Source of the DNA: Desulfotalea psychrophila LSv54
Lineage (GTDB): Bacteria; Desulfobacterota; Desulfobulbia; Desulfobulbales; Desulfocapsaceae
Reading direction: 5' to 3'
Assembly: GCF_000025945.1 (NCBI RefSeq)
Contig: NC_006138.1
Span: 870,001 to 902,000 of the forward strand
Length of the DNA stretch: 32,000 bases
The notes below the pieces were generated by a model that worked only from the letters and a program-made list of their open reading frames with translations, had not been told where the DNA came from and searched no databases. The translations under genes and the position numbers were made by a program. This document shows positions 28,714-32,000 of this stretch, piece by piece. Every line of letters begins with the position of its first letter. Position 1 is the first letter of the stretch.

Positions 28714-29853
28714 ATGGGTTATAATCCTGATAAGCCAATGGACGGCCGACTCTCTGACCTTGGTCCACCACATTATGAACAATTTTTCCCTCAAGTAATT
28801 CGGGAAAATAAGGGCAAATGGCTCTGGCACGAGATTCTTCAGGCTGGCGTTTTGATGCACAAATCTGAAACTGGCGCTGAGGTTTATACCGTGCGTGTAG
28901 GTTCTGCTCGTCTTATTTCTATCGAGCACGTTCGTGAGCTTTGTGACATCGCTGATGCCCATTGTGACGGACACCTTCGTTTCACCACTCGTAACAACGT
29001 TGAGTTCATGGTAGACGCCAAAGAGAAGGTTCAACCTCTTCTTGACGATCTTGCAAGCCGTGGCAACAAGTTCCCTGTTGGTGGTACCGGTGCTGGTGTA
29101 ACTAACATTGTTCACACCCAGGGTTGGGCTCACTGTCATACTCCTGCTACCGATGCCTCTGGTGTTGTTAAAGCAGTTATGGATGAGCTTTTTGAGTATT
29201 TCACATCTCAAGTTCTTCCTGCACAGTGTCGTATCGCGCTTGCATGTTGTTTGAACATGTGTGGTGCTGTTCACGCGTCTGACATCGCTATTCTCGGTGT
29301 TCACCGTAAGCCACCTATGATCGATCACACCCGTATTTCTGGTGTATGTGAGCTTCCGCTTGCTATTTCATCTTGTCCTCTTGGTGCTGTTAAGCCTGCG
29401 AAAGCAGTGGTTAATGGAAAAGAGATCAAGACCGTAAAAGTTAACGTAGAGCGCTGTATGTTCTGTGGTAACTGTTACACCATGTGTCCTGCTATGCCAC
29501 TGGCTGATCCAGATGGTGATGGTATTGCAATCTTGGTTGGTGGAAAGGTATCTAACTCACGTCAGGCACCTAAGTTCTCCAAGCTTGTTATTCCTTTCTT
29601 GCCAAACAACACTCCTCGTTGGCCAGAAGTTGTTAATGCTATCAAGGGTATTCTTGAAGCATATGCAGCTGGTGCAAACAAATACGAGCGTCTTGGCGAG
29701 TGGGCCGAAAGAATTGGTTGGGAAAAATTCTTCGAAGTTTGTGAAATTCCATTCACAGACAAGAGCATCGACGATTATCGTCTTGCTTATGACTCATGGC
29801 GTACAACTACTCAGTTCAAGTACACCAGCCATACTGCCAGTTATACCAAGTAG
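28714..29853 (+). CDS. dsrB: Dissimilatory sulfite reductase subunit beta
   Basis: 379 aa. Contains [44 protein letters not shown] and [18 protein letters not shown]. Confidence 0.98.
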   Translation: MGYNPDKPMDGRLSDLGPPHYEQFFPQVIRENKGKWLWHEILQAGVLMHKSETGAEVYTVRVGSARLISIEHVRELCDIADAHCDGHLRFTTRNNVEFMVDAKEKVQPLLDDLASRGNKFPVGGTGAGVTNIVHTQGWAHCHTPATDASGVVKAVMDELFEYFTSQVLPAQCRIALACCLNMCGAVHASDIAILGVHRKPPMIDHTRISGVCELPLAISSCPLGAVKPAKAVVNGKEIKTVKVNVERCMFCGNCYTMCPAMPLADPDGDGIAILVGGKVSNSRQAPKFSKLVIPFLPNNTPRWPEVVNAIKGILEAYAAGANKYERLGEWAERIGWEKFFEVCEIPFTDKSIDDYRLAYDSWRTTTQFKYTSHTASYTK

Positions 29854-29877
29854 TCTGAATTAATATGATTGATAGTT

Positions 29878-29916
29878 CCCCGATGGGCATTTTGCCCGTT
29901 GGGGTTTTACTTTTTC
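29878..29916 (+). terminator. Hairpin with T-rich tail between dsrB and dsrD (terminator or attenuator)
   Basis: Stem CCCCGATGGGC (29878-29888) / GCCCGTTGGGG (29894-29904), fully paired allowing two G-T wobbles, loop ATTTT, followed by TTTTACTTTTTC. Confidence 0.75.
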
Positions 29917-29937
29917 AATCGCTAAAGGAGGGTTATC

Positions 29938-30168
29938 ATGCCCATGGATGTCGACGAACTCAAAAACGTGATCGTAGAGAAGGCTCAGAAGTCTCCAAAG
30001 CCACAGCTTTACATCAAAGATTTCTACAAATGTGACCCTGAGACCAAGCCACGTGTTATGAAGAATATTTGTAACGAATTAGTTCGTGAGCAACGTCTTA
30101 TGTTCTGGTCTTCTGGATCAACCACCATGTACGGTGTACCAGAGAGAATTAAGAACGAAGAAGGCTGA
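29938..30168 (+). CDS. dsrD: Dissimilatory sulfite reductase-associated protein DsrD (winged helix)
   Basis: 76 aa located just after dsrB. Contains VIVEKAQKSPKPQLYIKDFYKC...VMKNICNELVREQRLMFWSSGSTTMYG. Confidence 0.95.
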   Translation: MPMDVDELKNVIVEKAQKSPKPQLYIKDFYKCDPETKPRVMKNICNELVREQRLMFWSSGSTTMYGVPERIKNEEG

Positions 30169-30201
30169 TAGACTCTTTTTGAGTTTGTTATGATTCAGGA
30201 A

Positions 30202-30238
30202 GGGCCCATGGAGAGTTATCTCTATGGGCCCTTTTTTT
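30202..30238 (+). terminator. Rho-independent terminator after dsrD
   Basis: 13-bp stem GGGCCCATGGAGA (30202-30214) / TCTCTATGGGCCC (30219-30231) with one G-T pair, loop GTTA, then TTTTTTT. Confidence 0.93.
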
Positions 30239-30251
30239 ATGGAAGGGAAAA

Positions 30252-31004
30252 ATGTCTCAGATTATTAGAATAGCAGAAACTGCTTCGACCAATATTCTTG
30301 CCAAGGAGTATGCCCGGGCCGGGGCAGACCATGGCTCTGCCATTATTGCTGAAAACCAAACGGCAGGGCGGGGGCGTTTAGGTAAGCAGTGGCAGTCTAT
30401 TAGGGGAACAGGACTCTACTGTTCCATTATTATCCGACCACAACAGCTACCGCGTACAGAGTACCATAAACTTACCCTGGTAACAGGGCTTGCTGTGGCC
30501 CTCTCTCTGGAGTTTCTCACGGCAAAATCCTTCCAGCTGAAGTGGCCCAATGATGTCTACTATAAAGGGGTGGGGAAGTGTGCAGGAATACTCTGTGAAT
30601 CTGTCCTTGGAACTAATCCTCGCTCAGATTATCTGATTGCGGGTATTGGCATTAATGTGAATACCCGGCAAGAGGAGTTTGATGCTGAAGTTGCAGGTCG
30701 GGCAGGATCCTTATTTTCGATCACAGGAGAGGAACTCTGCATAGACCATGTTTTCAACTCTGTTTATGAGCAGATTTTGGCCCAGGTCGACGAGTTTTTT
30801 AGCGGAAATTTTTCCTCTATTCTATCGCAATGGCGACAGAGGGATATGCTGGCGGGGAGAAAATCCTGCTGGCTGACCATGGCGGGAGAAAGCGTTGAGG
30901 GCATTGCAGAGGGGGTAAGTAGTAGTGGCCAACTTTATATAAGAGATGCGAGTGGAGAGCGACATGAGGTGCTCTCTGGTGATGTACAGCTTGTCAGAGC
31001 GTAA
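30252..31004 (+). CDS. birA: Biotin--[acetyl-CoA-carboxylase] ligase, catalytic type without N-terminal HTH
   Basis: 250 aa. Contains TASTNILAKEYA, AENQTAGRGRLGKQWQS, QLKWPNDVYYKGVGKCAGILCE and IAGIGINVN. Confidence 0.92.
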   Translation: MSQIIRIAETASTNILAKEYARAGADHGSAIIAENQTAGRGRLGKQWQSIRGTGLYCSIIIRPQQLPRTEYHKLTLVTGLAVALSLEFLTAKSFQLKWPNDVYYKGVGKCAGILCESVLGTNPRSDYLIAGIGINVNTRQEEFDAEVAGRAGSLFSITGEELCIDHVFNSVYEQILAQVDEFFSGNFSSILSQWRQRDMLAGRKSCWLTMAGESVEGIAEGVSSSGQLYIRDASGERHEVLSGDVQLVRA

Positions 31005-31066
31005 TAGCTGTCCATCGAAATTGTATAGGGTTATGTCACTGTGTTCAACTCTTGCCGTGAGGGAGA

Positions 31067-31094
31067 GCACTAGCTCAATGCCTTGAGCCAGTGC
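31067..31094. other. Imperfect hairpin between convergent birA and metK
   Basis: GCACTAGCTCAA (31067-31078) / TTGAGCCAGTGC (31083-31094), one mismatch, loop TGCC. No T tract. Confidence 0.45.
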
Positions 31095-31127
31095 CCTTAT
31101 AGCGGTCAGATTTCTAGGCTTGTCCTC

Positions 31128-32000
31128 CTAGAGTCCTGCAGCACTCTTTAACTCCTCTATCTTATCTGTACGTTCCCAAGGGAACTCTACATCACTACGT
31201 CCAAAGTGGCCGTAGGCTGCTGTCTGGCGATAAATTGGGCGGAGTAGGTCAAGTTGCTGAACGATGGCCTTGGGACGAAGATCGAAGTTTCCTAGAATAA
31301 GCTCTTTAATTGCCGCATCAGAGATTCTTCCTGTGCCAAAGCTATTGACGTTGATGGAAACAGGCTGGGCTATACCAATGGCGTAGGCAACCTGTATCTG
31401 AAGTTCGCTGGCAATACCAGCTGCCACCAGGTTTTTGGCGACATAGCGACCATAGTATGCAGATGATCTATCAACCTTGGATGGATCCTTTCCTGAGAAG
31501 GCACCACCACCGTGCAGGGCCTTGCCTCCGTAGGTATCGACGATAATCTTACGACCGGTAAGGCCGCAGTCACCAACCGGGCCTCCAATAACAAAACGGC
31601 CCGTGGGGTTAATGAAGAACTTGGTGTTGGCGTCAATCATATCAGCGGGCAGGGTCGGCTTGATAATCTCCTCCATTACCGCCTCTTTCAGATCGTTGTA
31701 ACTGATAGATTCATCGTGCTGGGTAGAGAGGACAACAGCGTCAATTCTTTTGGGTATCTTGTTCTCATACTCAATGGTTACCTGGCTCTTGGCATCGGGT
31801 CTGAGCCAGGGGAGAATGCTGCTTTTGCGTACCTGAGCCTGTCTACGGGTAAGTCTGTGGGCCAGGGTAATGGGCATGGGCATGAGGACATCGGTTTCAT
31901 TGCTGGCATAACCAAACATCAAGCCCTGATCGCCTGCTCCCTGATCAAGGTCAATACCTGCACCCTCATTAACGCCTTGGGCGATATCGGGTGACTGCTT
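31128..32000 (-). CDS. metK: S-adenosylmethionine synthetase; 5' end is outside the window
   Basis: The frame continues upstream of the listed ORF to the window edge ([32 protein letters not shown]). Also contains [42 protein letters not shown] and [19 protein letters not shown]-like sequence. Confidence 0.97.
   Translation of the reverse strand, partial: KQSPDIAQGVNEGAGIDLDQGAGDQGLMFGYASNETDVLMPMPITLAHRLTRRQAQVRKSSILPWLRPDAKSQVTIEYENKIPKRIDAVVLSTQHDESISYNDLKEAVMEEIIKPTLPADMIDANTKFFINPTGRFVIGGPVGDCGLTGRKIIVDTYGGKALHGGGAFSGKDPSKVDRSSAYYGRYVAKNLVAAGIASELQIQVAYAIGIAQPVSINVNSFGTGRISDAAIKELILGNFDLRPKAIVQQLDLLRPIYRQTAAYGHFGRSDVEFPWERTDKIEELKSAAGL

Noticed and set aside
28040-29328. 205-aa and 221-aa minus-strand ORFs opposite dsrA and dsrB
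   Set aside because: They are antisense to two of the most confidently identified genes and look like codon-bias artefacts.
30822-31094. Small minus-strand ORF and dyad between birA and metK considered as a possible small gene or repeat element
   Set aside because: The ORF largely overlaps birA and has no family signal. The dyad is a single imperfect hairpin, consistent with an intergenic transcription-end structure.
1-32000. Search by eye for CRISPR arrays, tRNA/rRNA genes, transposases, integrases, toxin-antitoxin pairs, defence genes or retron-like elements
   Set aside because: None seen. All substantial coding space is accounted for by housekeeping and energy-metabolism genes, and I noticed no regularly spaced repeats. 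A dedicated tRNAscan/Infernal/CRISPR run would be needed to exclude subtle elements.

Overview
This window is a chromosomal backbone region with the gene content of a sulfate-reducing deltaproteobacterium. It resembles Desulfotalea/Desulfobulbaceae, judging from recall of the family and not from a search. Contents in order:
- Rnf electron-transport genes (partial rnfG, rnfE, rnfA, rnfB) followed by an ApbE-like flavin transferase.
- A patatin-like phospholipase.
- A minus-strand ACT / DUF711 / NADP-isocitrate dehydrogenase cluster.
- A small lipoprotein, then ychF.
- A run of plus-strand genes: HD/OB-fold nuclease, holB, PSP1/RicT-like, metG, YggT, DivIVA-domain, DUF167 and a TIM-like gene.
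- A convergent ABC1/UbiB kinase gene.
- dnaG, rpoD, dprA, rpe, pgi.
- Dissimilatory sulfite reductase dsrA, dsrB and dsrD, then birA and a partial metK.

I see no CRISPR array, mobile element, rRNA/tRNA gene or defence-like island, and nothing that is convincingly a novel multi-gene system. The most useful observations are:
1. RnfA carries an unusual, apparently secreted N-terminal domain of about 115 aa.
2. A triosephosphate-isomerase-like protein has Cys where the catalytic Glu should be and a shortened middle.
3. The UbiB/ABC1 kinase gene is split by a +1 frame disruption. The ORF track therefore misses its N-terminus, including the KxGQ motif.
4. The start of dprA may also be disrupted.
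5. A hairpin plus T-tract lies between dsrB and dsrD.
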